From Paraspadella gotoi (taxonomy: Eukaryota; Animalia; Chaetognatha), in the NCBI GenBank assembly GCA_051294375.1, contig CM119268.1, positions 13,151,770-13,215,769 on the forward strand: 64,000 nt of DNA. The letters are read 5' to 3'. The notes under the pieces were generated by a model. That model did not search any database. It was not told the origin of the DNA and saw only the letters and a program-made list of their open reading frames with translations. Positions 26,440 to 39,696 of the stretch are shown piece by piece. Numbering within the stretch: the stretch's first letter is position 1; every line of letters begins with the position of its first letter. Both the position numbers and the translations under genes were made by a program.

Positions 26440-29400
26440 TTAATCGATCCGTTCCGGCTTTCTTGACACGTGCTGCAATTTGAGCGCCTGTTCCACGAGA
26501 AAGTCTTTACCTCTTGTCGCCGAATCCGGAAAGCCGCCGAGGAACATGCCGACGACGACGCCGCCTCGATGCGCGGCGTCGATGATTGGCGAGCCGGAGG
26601 CGCCCCATCGGGCTACTGATGTCAGGAGGAACCGCTCCGACTGTAGCAAAAGCCGCAGCTCGAAAAAAGGATGACGATGTTGGCAAATGAGGTTCAAGAG
26701 ATTGTCAGTCTCCTCCTCGAAATCCCGGTCCGAGTTGGAATATGCCTCGAAGTCTTTATTTGCCAAAGTTGAAGAGATTGGTGAAGGCGATTTTTTTAAG
26801 TTCCTCCTTGTCCTCCGGGTCAATTTTTTCTGGAGCTCCTCGTAGTAGGGAAACTTGGGAGCGTTGAAGTGGTCCAGAGAGTGAATGGCCCGGCTCAGCT
26901 TGTAGGACAATCGGTTCTCAGTGAGACACATTTCCGCCGCGTTGGCGGAACCGCACGAGTGACCGATCTGAATGAGTTTATGCTCCTCTTTCCAGTAGCT
27001 GCCCCATTTGTCGTTGTAAGGGCACGGATCGGGCATCATGGAACCGAGCGGAGACAGTTCCAAGTCTTCGTCGGACGAGTTGAGGGAGCATCGTTGGATT
27101 TCTAAAGAAGGCGTAGTCGAGATCTTCGTTCTGATAAATCACGTGTTCCACGGTATGACTCGGACGGCTCGAGGAGTCCTTATAATCAAAACTTAGGAAA
27201 GCGTTGATGGTCCTGTTGGTCTCATAAAGAACCTCTACGACGTGGTTGGCGGTCAGGACGAGACCGACACCCGTTTGATCGTCGTAATCTACAAGAATGC
27301 CGGTGCCGACGTGGCTCAGCTCCGTCTCACCCGAATTCTTATTCATACTCATTCTTCCCAAGCAACAGATGCTGTTCATGGACATGTACTTAAAGCAAGC
27401 TGCAGCTCTTGAATGCCCATTCTAGAGTCGGCACCGTCTTCTTGTTTCTCTCAGAATCTGACACATTCTCCTCGGGCGAATCTTCTAGAGAAGGGGGAAT
27501 GCGCATCGCTCAAGAGTCGAGTATCCCGACTCTCGACGCCCGGTGTTCAGCATATCGGAATCCGTGTCTGATTCGGAGCCATGGCCGGTCGGACATTTTC
27601 TACGTCTCCAAGCCCAAAAGCGCCGCCCTTACCTCGCGCTCGCGATTGTTGTTCTGGTATTCTTGGTTCTTTTCGTCGTAGGCGGCCAAAACTTTAGGAA
27701 TCTCAGCGACGCGTCCGCAATCGGCGCAATCGTTGAACCAGTTGGCGCCGTGAGTCTTCCACTTGTTTTTCGATTCCGTCACGACTTCGGGACACGAAAC
27801 TTCGACGTCGTAATCCCTCGATCGCTCGAGCCCGACCCAACGCTTGAGGAGATTCTCGACGGACTTTGATGGCGGAGATCATGGTCCAGACCTCGAGCTC
27901 TTTCGTCGGCGGACGAGAAGCGGAAATGTAGATGGCGTGTAGATCTTCTTCGTCGTTATCGTAGATCAAAGGTTTGATTTCGGACGACGGACAACATTTT
28001 TGTATGATGGCTCTGACTTTTCCGCACCTGGCCCACGAGACTGTTCCGTTAACGGTGATGGTGTGGGGAGTGCAGAACTCGTGAAGCGCGGACGTGAGCA
28101 CATGGAAGCAATCGGACGGTTGCGAGCGGACGAATTTGATTCGCACGCTGAGAAGCAAAGAGTCTTTCTCTACTTCGGGAAGTACTACCGATACGTCACG
28201 ACTCTTCATTTGAAAGGGATTGAAAAACCACTGCTTCATCTGACGACCAGATTTGAACACTTTTGGCGGCGGGATTCTCACGATCGAGCCCTCCACATTG
28301 AAGTAGGAGAGAAGGCATTTGAAGGTGTCTTCATTGACTTCGTCGTCGTCGTATTGCAAGTCGTTCTTCATTAGCTGCACCAGCGCGTCTGAGCAAAGTA
28401 TTCCGTCATCGAGACAGTCGTGAACTCTCTCCCTGTCCACGGCATAGGACGCGGCGACGACATCCACGTACTGCTCCGTGTAAATTCTCGGCAACATAAG
28501 GATTCGATCCAATTTGTCAGGTTTCACGAAGAAGGTGTCCGGGTTCAGCCGGAGCACATATCTTTCTCTCTCAAATTCCTCCAGCTTCGAGCGGCGTTCG
28601 TTGATTCTCGCTACGTCGACCATGCCCGAGTAATAAGGAATCAGAGAGGCCGGGATCGGCGCGAACGGGCAGAGGGCCTTCAGATGGCACAGGGCTCGCG
28701 AGACGCTCTCGTCGTCTAGAAGATCCACTCTCACCGCTCCAAGATTCTGCCCTCTTTGGCCAATTCTTCCAGCCACCGCTCGGTGTAGCGCAAGAGGCGC
28801 GTCGATACGTCCCGGTCGACGACGACGACGGGCGCCATCTTGACGGACCGTCCTCGTCTCGCTCGTTGCCGCTCTCCACGTTGACTAACAACTGCTCGTA
28901 ATCGGGAAGCTTGGCCCGAGGTTCGACGCAGAGGCAATGCAGAGAGCAGAAAGACCCGCGATCCACCAGCGGATGAGAAACTCCCAGAGCGACGATCTCT
29001 TCTTTAAAGACGAAGTTGAGGAAGCGAGAGATGTTCTCGCCGGATTTGGCCTGCGCCTCGGACAACTTCATGGCCAACATGGAGGGGGTGTCGCCAAAGC
29101 CGCGGACGATGGCGTTGCCGAAGCTCATCTCCGAAGTGGGGGCACAGTCAACCTGGAATTATTAATCAATTTATATATTTCTTCTTTTTTATACTAAAAG
29201 ATTATATTTTATTGATGAGTTGATTGATTGATTCAGTGCTTCATTCATAGCGTATAGATTTATTCATTCATTTCACTTAGATTCAAGCCAATCAATCATT
29301 CATTCATTGAGTGATTCATCGATTAACCCACCTGATCCTCAGCCGTTTCCGGAATTCGCTCGTCAAAGGATTCCTCTTCGGAACTTTCGCCCGTGTCCTC

Positions 29401-30778
29401 GAAGATATCTGCCACTTCCGTCGACGTCTCTCGGGTCATTCGGTTGGAATGAGTCTTGAGCAGACCCGGAGTCTCGTAGGAGCATCGCGATTGGTTGGAC
29501 TTGGTCGAGCCGCCTCGGCTGTGAAAGCCCGAGTCGCGGAACATGCGACCACATCCCACGAGCCGGTTTAGGCTTGAACGGAGGCTGGACGGCTGCCGAG
29601 GAGAGCTTTCTGTTGCTGAGAAAATAAAATTGTATCTGTCTCTCCTCACGTTGATATATAACATTACACGAAAACTGCATTTTACTCTTTTTCGAAAAAT
29701 TTCCCTGCTTTAAAAAAGAGACTTTTATTATGAACACCAAAAACGTTTTTGTAAATTTCTCGCGAATTTTTGATCGAGAAATGAAAATAATCTCTCCAGT
29801 AAAAGTGGAAAGTAGGTCAGTTTTATGTCTAAACTTTTTTATAATTATAAAAAAATAATCAAAATTATAATTTTTCTCTTAACTTATCTCTTTTGTTTCC
29901 GTCTTTCTTTCAATCTCTCTTCTTTGCTTTTCTCTAATTCTCTATATCTATAAGTGTTTTTCCTTTATTTGTTTCACATTCTGCAAGTCAAAATATAAAA
30001 ATTATTTAAAAAAAAAGTAGCCTCATTTTTTCTTGCTCAATACTCATCGTTTAATCGTTTAATCTTCTTATTGTCTTAATTGTCAAATTGTCTTTTTTAT
30101 TTCAGAAAAAAAAAAAAAAATTTTACCTCTTCATCGAAAAATTCAAATCGGGACATTCGATCTTATTTCCGCTCGGGGTAAAGTCTTTTTAGCGCAGAGG
30201 GTTGACGGGATGACGGTTGACGGAATCGGAGAAAAGGCAAAAAGTTATGCTAATTACAGATTTTTTAAAAAGGAACTTTTATGCTTTTAGTTTTAGTTTT
30301 TTCTAGTAAAATACTTTAATTAGTATTCATATCTGAATTTTTTAAAAAAATAGAAAGGTAGAAACAACAAAGTCAAAAATTTGAGAGCGTTATTCCGAAA
30401 GTATTTCTAAACTATTTATTATTAAGTATGTATTTAAAATTATTACATTCGCTGAGGGATGTACCTGATTGGCAGCGCCCACTTTCTCGCGATCGCTTCC
30501 GTCGCTCCTTTCCTCGATGCGCGTCTTCGCGTAATCAACTTTGTCCGTTGGACGACCTTTTTTAGGGAAATAAAACAATTAATTGTCACTATAACAAGAA
30601 TCCGCTTCATCTCTAAACCCCTGTACTCACGAACGATGTCGCTTTCGTCGTCGTCTCCGTCGTAGCCCTCACAGCTCACGTTTCTATTATGGCTGTTCGA
30701 CCGGGCCCATTCAGATGGCCGCGTCGTTGCCCTCTTGTCTTCGTTGTCTTCGTCGCCGTGGTCATGTTGTGCACGGTG
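26440..30778 (-). pseudogene. Frameshifted, 5'-truncated copy of the COR-like/protease gene (possibly an assembly artefact)
   Basis: The same peptides are split over ORFs 28571-29128, 27703-28776, 26978-27385 and 26440-27063; it lacks the first ~92 nt of exon 1. Confidence 0.7.
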
Positions 30779-30780
30779 TA

Positions 30781-30815
30781 ATAACCGTTAACTGTTAACG
30801 GTTATCGGAACTCTA
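30781..30815 (+). mobile_element. Second hAT-like TIR end
   Basis: gttatCGGAACTCTA followed by ATAGGCAC (30816-30823), the same 8-mer that flanks the other end. Confidence 0.75.
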
Positions 30816-30951
30816 ATAGGCACATCTTCATTCTCTTATATTGATAAAAAGAACGGAACGAAATTATTAGGCTCTGGGAAAATTTTTTATTTGGTCCTTC
30901 ATTCTTGTCATTACATGACTCATTTCAACCTACGCGTTTTTCCTCTTCGAA

Positions 30952-33900
30952 TCAAAGCCAGGATCGAAGGTAATCGGAAATCTTCGTTCCGACCGGACAA
31001 TCCTGCTTCGTGCAGAGAGAACGAGTACAGTTGCGGCATTGCTTGGAATCCTGATAGCGAAGGCGATGTTTTTGCCCGCAACAATTCGTCTGAAAAAAAA
31101 AACCAAAAAACAAACATGTTTTTAAATTTTGGTGGAAATATAAAACCCTGCGCTGACATTAGAAGAAAAGAACTAAGTCGGAAAACGAAATTAAAAATGA
31201 AAAATTGCAAGCTTACTTGTTTTACTATATTAGACTAAATTGGATTAAATTTAAAAATAAATGTAAAAATTTAATATATTTTACTATATATTAGATTTAA
31301 TTATATTCATTATATTAAGTATATTTTTTATAATGTAATGGGGAGAGGGATGTTAGTGTTGTCTTTTAAAATAGAAGGAGCATCCATACAACACAAGGTT
31401 AAAAGTTACTTTCTGCCCTAGTTTTCTAATAAGATATTAGCCATCATTCTTGTTAAGAAGTCATATATTGAAAATTCAAAATATTTAAAAGTCTGAACAG
31501 GAAAGGAAATTTAAGACTCTCTATCCTGTAAGGCGAAGCGAATCGCATTGCGATGCAATCACATCCCGGGGTGATCTCATCAATGTCAATTATGATTTCA
31601 ATCAATGAAATCAGTTCTTGAAACTTTTTTTTTATATTGATACCAATGCTTATGAAAAAAATGTCAGTTTTACTACTTGAAATAAATTTTGGAATATAGT
31701 CCTGAAAGAGCCCGAAAACCCCATCTCTGCCAAACATAATTATTAAGGCGTAGTGAAAGTTACATACAAAAATTCTAAAAGTCAATTATGAACAACAAAC
31801 CATCAGTGAATATTAATTTGTAAAAAAATTAATTTATGTTTTTTTAATTTTCGCAGCAGGCTATATTTATATATAGTACTATCCTTATAAAATCGAAAAT
31901 TTCAAAATAAGCTTTTCTTAATTTTGATTGCAGATTTGAATTCCTCGTCAAAAGTTGATAAAAGAAAATATAAATCATTTTTAATTTTTTTCATTAAGTG
32001 GGTTAAAAATTAAAAAACTATATTTAATATATAAAAAGTTAATTTTCAGCTTAAAATATAGCTTTTTCTTATTTTTGACCCACTTAATGAAGGAATTTTT
32101 CAAAAAGAGTTATATTTCTTTTTAACAACTTTTTATGAGGAATCCAAATCTGCAAAAAAAATCTTAGAAAAAACTGTTTTGAAATTTTAACATTTTTAGT
32201 ACTTTAGTACCTGTATAAATATGGCCTACTGCGTAAATTGTAAAATTTATTATAAATTTTTTTATTACATAAATGTTCATTAATATAATGTTGTTCGTTC
32301 CTCACTTTTAGAATTTTAATTAAAGTTAAATTTAGAAATTTTACTACGCCTTAATAATTATATAAAACTCAGTTTTACAAGAGGATAAAAGTATAGGATT
32401 AAAGAGGGACCGACTGAGGGACAGAGCGACCGACAAACATCTAATAGACTTGCTTCGCGAATACTCTCCAAACCGCGTAAATAAACCGGTCCCGTCTCGT
32501 TCATCAAGAGAAACAGGGTCCTCGGGGCTGGGCATTGTTCCTCGAACACTTGGCGGGTGACGAAACAAGGGAGTGAGAAATCTTCCCCTTTTCTCTCTAA
32601 TCTCACCTCCTTTTCTCTCTAACCTCACCTCCTTTTCTCTCTAATCTCACCTCATTTTCTCTCTAATCTCACCTCATTTTCTCTCTAATCTCACCTCCTT
32701 TTCTCTCTAATCTCACCTCCTTTTCTCTCTAATCTCACCTCCTTTACTCTCTTATCTCACCTCCTTTACTCTCTTATCTCACCTCCTTTTTCCCGACGCA
32801 TGAGTCGAAACTCTGCTCATAGATTTTGCATTTCTTCTCATCCATGTCCTCTTCCTCTCGGCATCCGCAGACTTCAGTGGTCGTTCTCATGTGGTCGATG
32901 GGAGTCCAATGACCGTCGCGCTCTTTCACGTGGCACGTGGAGAAACAACCGTCGCAACAAAGTCCGCCACCGCTGCAAAGCCTCTCGTTTTAGTTTTGGA
33001 TAACGCTAGATAATATAAGTAAAAAAAAAAAAAATCCTCACTTGCAGCAATCTTCCCCGGTGCAGCACCCATCGCCCCTGCAGCATTTATCGCCAACGAC
33101 GCGAATCCGACCTTCCTTCTCGCAACATGATTTTCCTTCGGGGCAACAGTCTCCGCCGATGCAGCACTTCGATCCCGTGCAGCACTCTCCCATGCCGCCG
33201 CGACTCGGAATTTTGGAAAGAGCGTCGCAAGGCGGTACGGGAGGTGTGACCGGTGTGACTTGAGGTGAGAGAGTCAACATCGAGCAATTATCGACCCTTA
33301 ACGATCCGTCGGTCAGGAGACAGCAACATTCTCCTTTCGGGCAGCACTTTCCTCGTGAGCCGCTCCCGTCCGACGCGCAACACTTGTCACCCATGCAAGT
33401 TCTGTTCTTGTCGCAAGACGGTGCGCAGTCGCCTTGTCGCAACCACATTTTCTCGTTCATGTTGTATACCCAGCAGCAACCCTTCAGGCAGCAACTTTCT
33501 GCCGTTCTGCAGCAACCCTTGGTCTTACAACATCCATTTCCATGGCAACAAAGGGGATTAGGAATTGAGTCGTGGTAAGGCGCCGGGCATTGATCTGTCA
33601 TTGTTCTTTCGCAAGCACCGTGGACCTGAGATCGGAGGAAAATTATATAAAATACCATAAATTAAAAAAAAAAAATTTCTTCCCCTCCCACAGTGATCCA
33701 AATGGACTAAATTTCCGGATAAACCTCTCTTTTTTGGCAAAAATAACCTTTTCTCGTATGCTGATTATCAAAAGAAATTAACCTAACTTAATATTTTTTT
33801 TATATTTATATTATAAGTAATAGGTGTATGTTTGCTAAATATAAAATCTTTAATTTAATCTTTTTAAAAGTGCGCTAAGCAAATTAAAATCGGAAAATCG

Positions 33901-36900
33901 ACCAAAGAAAAGAATCATATGGTAATTTCTGAAGAATATCGAATTCTTTTTTGTTATTTTTTGAATGAAAAGCATTTTTGGATTTCTCAAAAGGGCGGAC
34001 AAATGCGGATGAGATTTAATTAATAACTGATGAGTGATAAGATGTATCATTAGAAACTAAATCTGGTTGATTGAAATTGGCTGAAATTCTATGAGTTTTT
34101 ACTATGTTTTTTATATCATACATAGTGACATATTATGAAAATATTTTTTTTATTTGTTAACAAACTAGACAAAGTGCTGATACCATAACAAAGTCAAATA
34201 ATTTTTCTCTTCCACCCATGTGGGTGAAAAAACCTCCCAAAGACTCACCCGAAATAGAGATTTGCTTATAACTTGAGAAAGAATAATTTTTGGAAACTGT
34301 TATCTTACCTAAGACTTCGTAGCATTCCTATGGAAAGACTGAATAAGTATTTATGCCCGTATGTTCAAGTGGCTTTTATCCGGTTTTATTTTTTTTTTTG
34401 GGATCACTGTGCCTCCCATTGTAATCGAACCGTGTGACGTGTTCCATTCTTGTCGATCCAAACGCAGCTCTCCCCGCAGGATATTTTATCTTTCGGGCAA
34501 CAGCTTTTTTCGTCTTTGCAGCAACCGGGTTCTTCGCAGCATCCAGTCCCACTACAACATAATAATCCCGGGCCGTTGCGGCAGACGCAATCGTCATCTA
34601 ATTCGCAATCGCAAGCATAGTTTCGGACGGATTTCTGAAAAAAATCGATTGATCAATAAAATGAAAAAAAAAAGGAAAAACCATTAAAAATAAAGATGAA
34701 ACTACATCATACTTTTACTATTTTAATATTTATAAATAAAATAATAATTAAATCAGATAATTAAATCAGATAAATAAATCAGATAAATAAATCAGTTAAA
34801 TAAATCAGATAAATAAATCAAATAAATTAATCATATAAATAAAAAAGTAAATAAATAAATAAAAAAGTAAATAAATAAAAAAGTAAATAAATAAATAAAT
34901 AAAAAAGTAAATAAATAAATGAAAAAGTAAATAAATAAATCCATCAATAAATTAAACTACAAAACAATTAAATCTTTACTTACGATGGCCTGCATATGTT
35001 CGGGACAAATGGCGCCTTTCTGGCAGGGGCTGCGATCGGGACCGCATACCACTTTACGGCAACCGCAATTATCAACCGGTTCGTATCTGCAATCAAAAAA
35101 CAAGGGTACGACAAAATTATATTTATCTAGTAAAATTTAAATCACTCACACCTGGTACTCGGTCTTCGCTAAGATCTGCGACTCACCTCAGGATTTTATT
35201 GTAGCAAGCACCCTGGCCAGGCTGTGGACACTCCGTTTTGGGACAGATGTCATCCGGGATTTCGCACGTCACGTTGAGGGCGCAATTCACGCCGTCGATT
35301 TCGTGTACGACCGGACGTTTGCATTCGTCTTTGCATCTTGCGAGTTAAGTGGAGAAATAAGAAGTTAGTGTGGCAGCAAGACTTAAAGCTGCCTCACTGC
35401 TGTCCGTCCTCAGCCTCGTCTCAATGGCTGAGCAGGCTATCCCGGTTCTGGCTTAAATGTGACGGTGCCGGTATAAACATGCCAGTGACAGGAGGCGGTC
35501 ACTGAGGGTCCGCAGCCCCTACGCCAGTTGGTGAGATACCCCGCGCCCCGGGTATCACAGGCTATCCTCCCGTTGCCATATTAGAAATGAAAAATGTAAT
35601 ATGAGAAACGTGAAATCTCACGAGAATCCTTTAAATTTATAATCACAAACCCAAAAAAGAAAAAATATTGATTTTCACTATTGCAGACAAGTTTCGAATA
35701 GATTTGCTATTCATCTTTTCGAAACATGTCTCCAATTAAAAACAAATAATTCGTTGTGAAAATCAATCTTTTCTCTTGTTAAAAAATTAAACCAATGAAA
35801 CGAAAGGAAAATAACAAATCACAAACTTAAATATTTGAATCGCAGGTAACGTGATACAATACAAAACAATAACCAGCAACAACAATCGGCGAATACAAGT
35901 TACATGTTCCAGTGCATATAAGTTGCCAAGAACAGCAAAGTCTGCAACGAAAATCTACATCGACTCGCAATTACTTGATGACGCGATTCTCCTCGATGCA
36001 ATCGTCGCATAGATTCTTCAAAGGCTGGACCGGCATGCAGGATTCGTTGCCGCATTCGTCGCGGGAGACTCGACGGCAGAATTGAGTAGCAACTTCGTCG
36101 ATGCGGTAGTTGTAGCAGTGATCCACTTTCTGGACGGGGGCGAGATAGAAGTGGGGGGTGAGTAGTAGCTCAGAACGGAAATGAAGCAATTTGTTGAATA
36201 AAATAATCAATTAGTGATAGCGGTAGCCGACCAAATTCAAATTTTAATGGGAACAGCATTAAACTAATCCATATTGGTATTAATTATTGTGTTAAAATAT
36301 TTTTTTGCAAAAATGTTCCGAACCATGAGTAATTCGCTAATTAATATTATTATATTGCTATATAATGTCAAAATTTTTTTGTGGATATTTTAAGTTTTTT
36401 TAATTGATTCTGATAGAGCTTAAAAAGTTAAGCAAAAAATATAATTACAACTTTTTAAAATTTTGATGTTTTATTACTAAAAATTAGTAAAAACTGCTAA
36501 AATCATCGGATGATGATGATGATGATGATTTTTTAAGGTTTTTCTCAATTTAAACCCACTTATCATCAAAATATTTAAAAAAGAATTATACTTTGTGTAG
36601 ATAACTTTTTATAAGCTATTTGAATCTGCTTTTAAAAATAAAAAATTCAAAAAAAATTTTTTGACATTTCCTATCTATAAATAAATATTAAAAAATTAAT
36701 TACTAATGCTTCTTGCCATTTTAGAATATTTTGCTCCATTGAAAGTTTTCTCAGAAATGTATGAAGTTTCATTTGGAAAGGTTCCCAAATCAAACTTCTG
36801 ACCCACCCCATTGACGAAGTTTGGCTCTATTAGTGAAACAGGTTTTTTTTTCATTTAAACTCATTTCCACTCAAACGATTCCATCAAAACTTGATTTCCA

Positions 36901-38581
36901 GTTTAATCACACACTTTCATACCCACATACAAAATTTCAGGTCAATCGCCCAATACACTCATAATTGGCGTTCAAATAGTGAAATATATTTTTTTGTTTT
37001 TTCCATTTAAACTCATTTCCACTCGGACAATTCCATCGAAACTTCATATCCAGCTCAATCACACACTTCCCTACGCACACACAAAATTACATTCTAATCC
37101 ATCCATCCAATCACGAGTAATTAGTGTTTTTTGCTAAGGTGGGACAGACGGACAGACAGACGGACATCATTTTTTTGCATAATTCATCGTAATTCAATGT
37201 TCTGACATGATATAAGTGAGTGCCCGACAATATTGAGGGGGCGGACCGACGGACCGACAAAGTGAATTATCGAGTCGGGATCTGCAGATGAGCAGATCCG
37301 ACTAAAAAGAAAAGAAATATACTTTGTAAAACCGAAACACGGCTCGGAAAAAAACTAAAATAGACAAATGAGCAAAGTTTTCGCACTTTTATATCTTTCT
37401 TGACGCAAGACCACACGTCGCACACGCCCCCGCAAGCTTTAACGTCGTCAGGTTGGACGGCGTCTGTTAAGAAAAAAACAAACAAACAAAGGAACAATGA
37501 ACAACATTGAATAATCTTCTTTTCTTTCGGCGACCGTCCAGGCATCGAGCACTCACAGCATTTGGCGTGTCTTTCGGAGCAATCTGCGCCACCCCTGAAC
37601 TTTTCGCACGCTTCCTCGGCGCAGTCTAGGGGCGTCAACTTACTCCAACCGGCTTCTTCGCAATCCCTCGCTCCTTTCGGCTTCTCGCACGTCGTAAGAG
37701 TGCAAGTGTGGCTTCCGTCCACGGCGGTCAGGCTTTTTGACTGTGCGCTGTAGCACCGCTCGTCTCCGAATTCGTCGTAGGATTTGTTCTGAAGAATTGG
37801 TTGTTAATGGATACATTGAATAGGGAATTTGATTGTTAAATGTTTATAAAGCCACGATTCAACATTTCAGAAAAAAATAAAATAAAATAAAGAGTAAGAG
37901 TTTATAAGTTAGAAATAAATCCGTTGTCTTGATAAACAAAAGATATTATTTACCACAACTGCCGTTCACGTCATCGTAGTTTTAAAAAAATGTTTAATCA
38001 ATGAAAATGATCCAAAAGTGGTATATTAGATATAAATGAGACAATCTCTATTAGATTTTTTTTAGACTAAAAAGCAGCCATCACATCATTTTTAATTAAG
38101 TATTAAATCCCCTCATATTATTTACCGCGCATCTTTTCTCGACTTCCTCGATATTCTCGGGAAATGGAACGCATTCTTTTCCGGTGACGAAGCCGCACGA
38201 ATCGTATACCGCAACTACCTTCTCGCAGGGGAGACACTTGCGGCAATTAACGAACCCGTAGACGACCTTGTCGCAGTCAGATTCCATGTCAGGATCTTTA
38301 GGAGGCGCGACTAGGTGAGGCGACAAAGAAAGCTCAAGCGATGTCAATGATTCATTCAAGAGCGATCGTTTTTAAAAACGATACTGGTTACCATTATCGC
38401 TGACAACCGAAAGCGAGTAATCGTTTTTGTAGGCGGGATCGACCGACCAAGATTCGAGCTTATCCACGTCAAAGTAACCGCGAAGCTCTTTCTCGGTCAT
38501 CGCGTTCACCGACGCCGGGTCGAAGACGGACACCGCGCTCGCCAGCGCCAAAAATGTCAGAAGACCGGACCTCCCAGACAT
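30952..38581 (-). CDS. Secreted multi-exon cysteine-rich protein
   Basis: ATG 38581 with signal-like MSGRSGLLTFLALASAVS. Approximate Cys-rich exons 38390-38581, 38124-38312, 37515-37789, 37390-37464, 35975-36137, 35188-35336, 34983-35086, 34410-34634, 33042-33626 (CC pairs), 32782-32982, and 30952-31089 ending DYLRSWL*. Some boundaries are uncertain. Confidence 0.7.
31770..32318. mobile_element. Degenerate palindromic MITE in an intron
   Basis: Mirror motifs aaaattctaaaagt/acttttagaatttt, cgcagcaggctatattt/aaatatggcctactgcg, cattaagtgggt/acccacttaatg. Confidence 0.6.
32579..32790. repeat. 22-bp minisatellite (tctcacctccttttctctctaa), ~9-10 copies
   Basis: Direct tandem units at an exon-intron junction of the Cys-rich gene. 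Confidence 0.9.
34750..34940. repeat. (aaatcagata)n then (taaa)n simple repeats
   Basis: Visible tandem units in an intron. Confidence 0.8.
36830..37305 (+). mobile_element. DINE-1/HINE-like repeat, 3' portion
   Basis: ggacagacggacagacagacggac tract and terminal hairpin gtcgggatctgc-agatga-gcagatccgac; highly similar to 56161-56658. Confidence 0.7.
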
Positions 38582-39261
38582 TAGAAACGAATTTAAAAAA
38601 AACAATGGGAAAAAATAAAAAAATGGGAATAAAAAAAGAAAAAAAAAAGAAACCCCTGAGTAACCTAGATCGGAATTACGCGGAAAACTAGGCAAGTATG
38701 ACTTTTTTTTAAGGAAGTATTTGTATTAAACGTAGGTTATTAAAAGAATGGTTTATTTGAAAAGGGATCCACGCAGGGATAAGAGATAAACTTTATTTGT
38801 TTCAGTCAAGATTTAGTAGTTAATAGTTTGATTTGGTCTTTTCATGCCAATAATATAAAATAAAACAAATTATTTCTGGAAGTAACATAATATTTATTTT
38901 TAAAATAAGCACTGATCTTCAGAGACTTCTGTCTCCCTCAAAGGTGCATAACAAAATGAGACACAAAATTTACAAAACATTTGGCTGAAAATCCATTCTC
39001 CTCACTCTGGCCATTTCTTCTCTTCTCTGTCTTTGAATTCTATAGTCTTGAGATGACCTTGAACCAAATGGTTTCTGTCTTTTATTTTCAAAGGTGACCT
39101 TAAGAGACTTATCCCATATATAAACTTTAATAAACATTTACAATACATGAAACAAAATTCCGCAAATCGTTACAAGGAAAATCGAGGGGCGTTTTGCGCC
39201 TAAAATAGAAAAAGGGCCTTCGATTTGGTACATTATTGTAAGTTAAAAACCATTTATACTG

Positions 39262-39663
39262 TCAACCTGCTCCCCCGAAAGGGAAAAATCCGTAAATAGT
39301 TGGCTTCCTCGTCGTCGTCGTCGTAGTTTGCGAAGCGTTGACGCTATACAGCGATTGGATTTCCCGGATGTCGTCGTCGTGAAGCTGAAATTCTGAAGCG
39401 AAATTGAAATAGAAATTGAATTGATATGAAACACTTAGAAGGTTATCTATCCTATGAATTGCTAACGTGTTTTATCGCGGACTCTCTAGCTCAGTCAGCC
39501 ACCTTTCAACCGATATTTCATATAAAATTTTAACAACTAGAAAATCCTCAACGCCGATATATATCTGTTTGAGGTTTCTTTGGTGTTGGCGGTTGCCACG
39601 AATTTCGTATTGCGAAACCCTCCGACAACGAGTGACATGAAACAACTCGTCTTCATGTGACTA

Positions 39664-39696
<33 letters not shown>

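Larger units (their letters stand above)
25303..30778 (-). repeat. Right arm of ~5.5-kb inverted duplication
   Basis: Reverse complement of 18378-23878 with many small indels; the match degrades at the 30760-30778 end. Confidence 0.95.

Noticed and set aside
26440-29740. An independent functional paralog, or a gene pair regulated through hairpin RNA
   Set aside because: Multiple frameshifts and no first-exon start; the adjacent gap and TSD logic favour an artefact until reads show otherwise.
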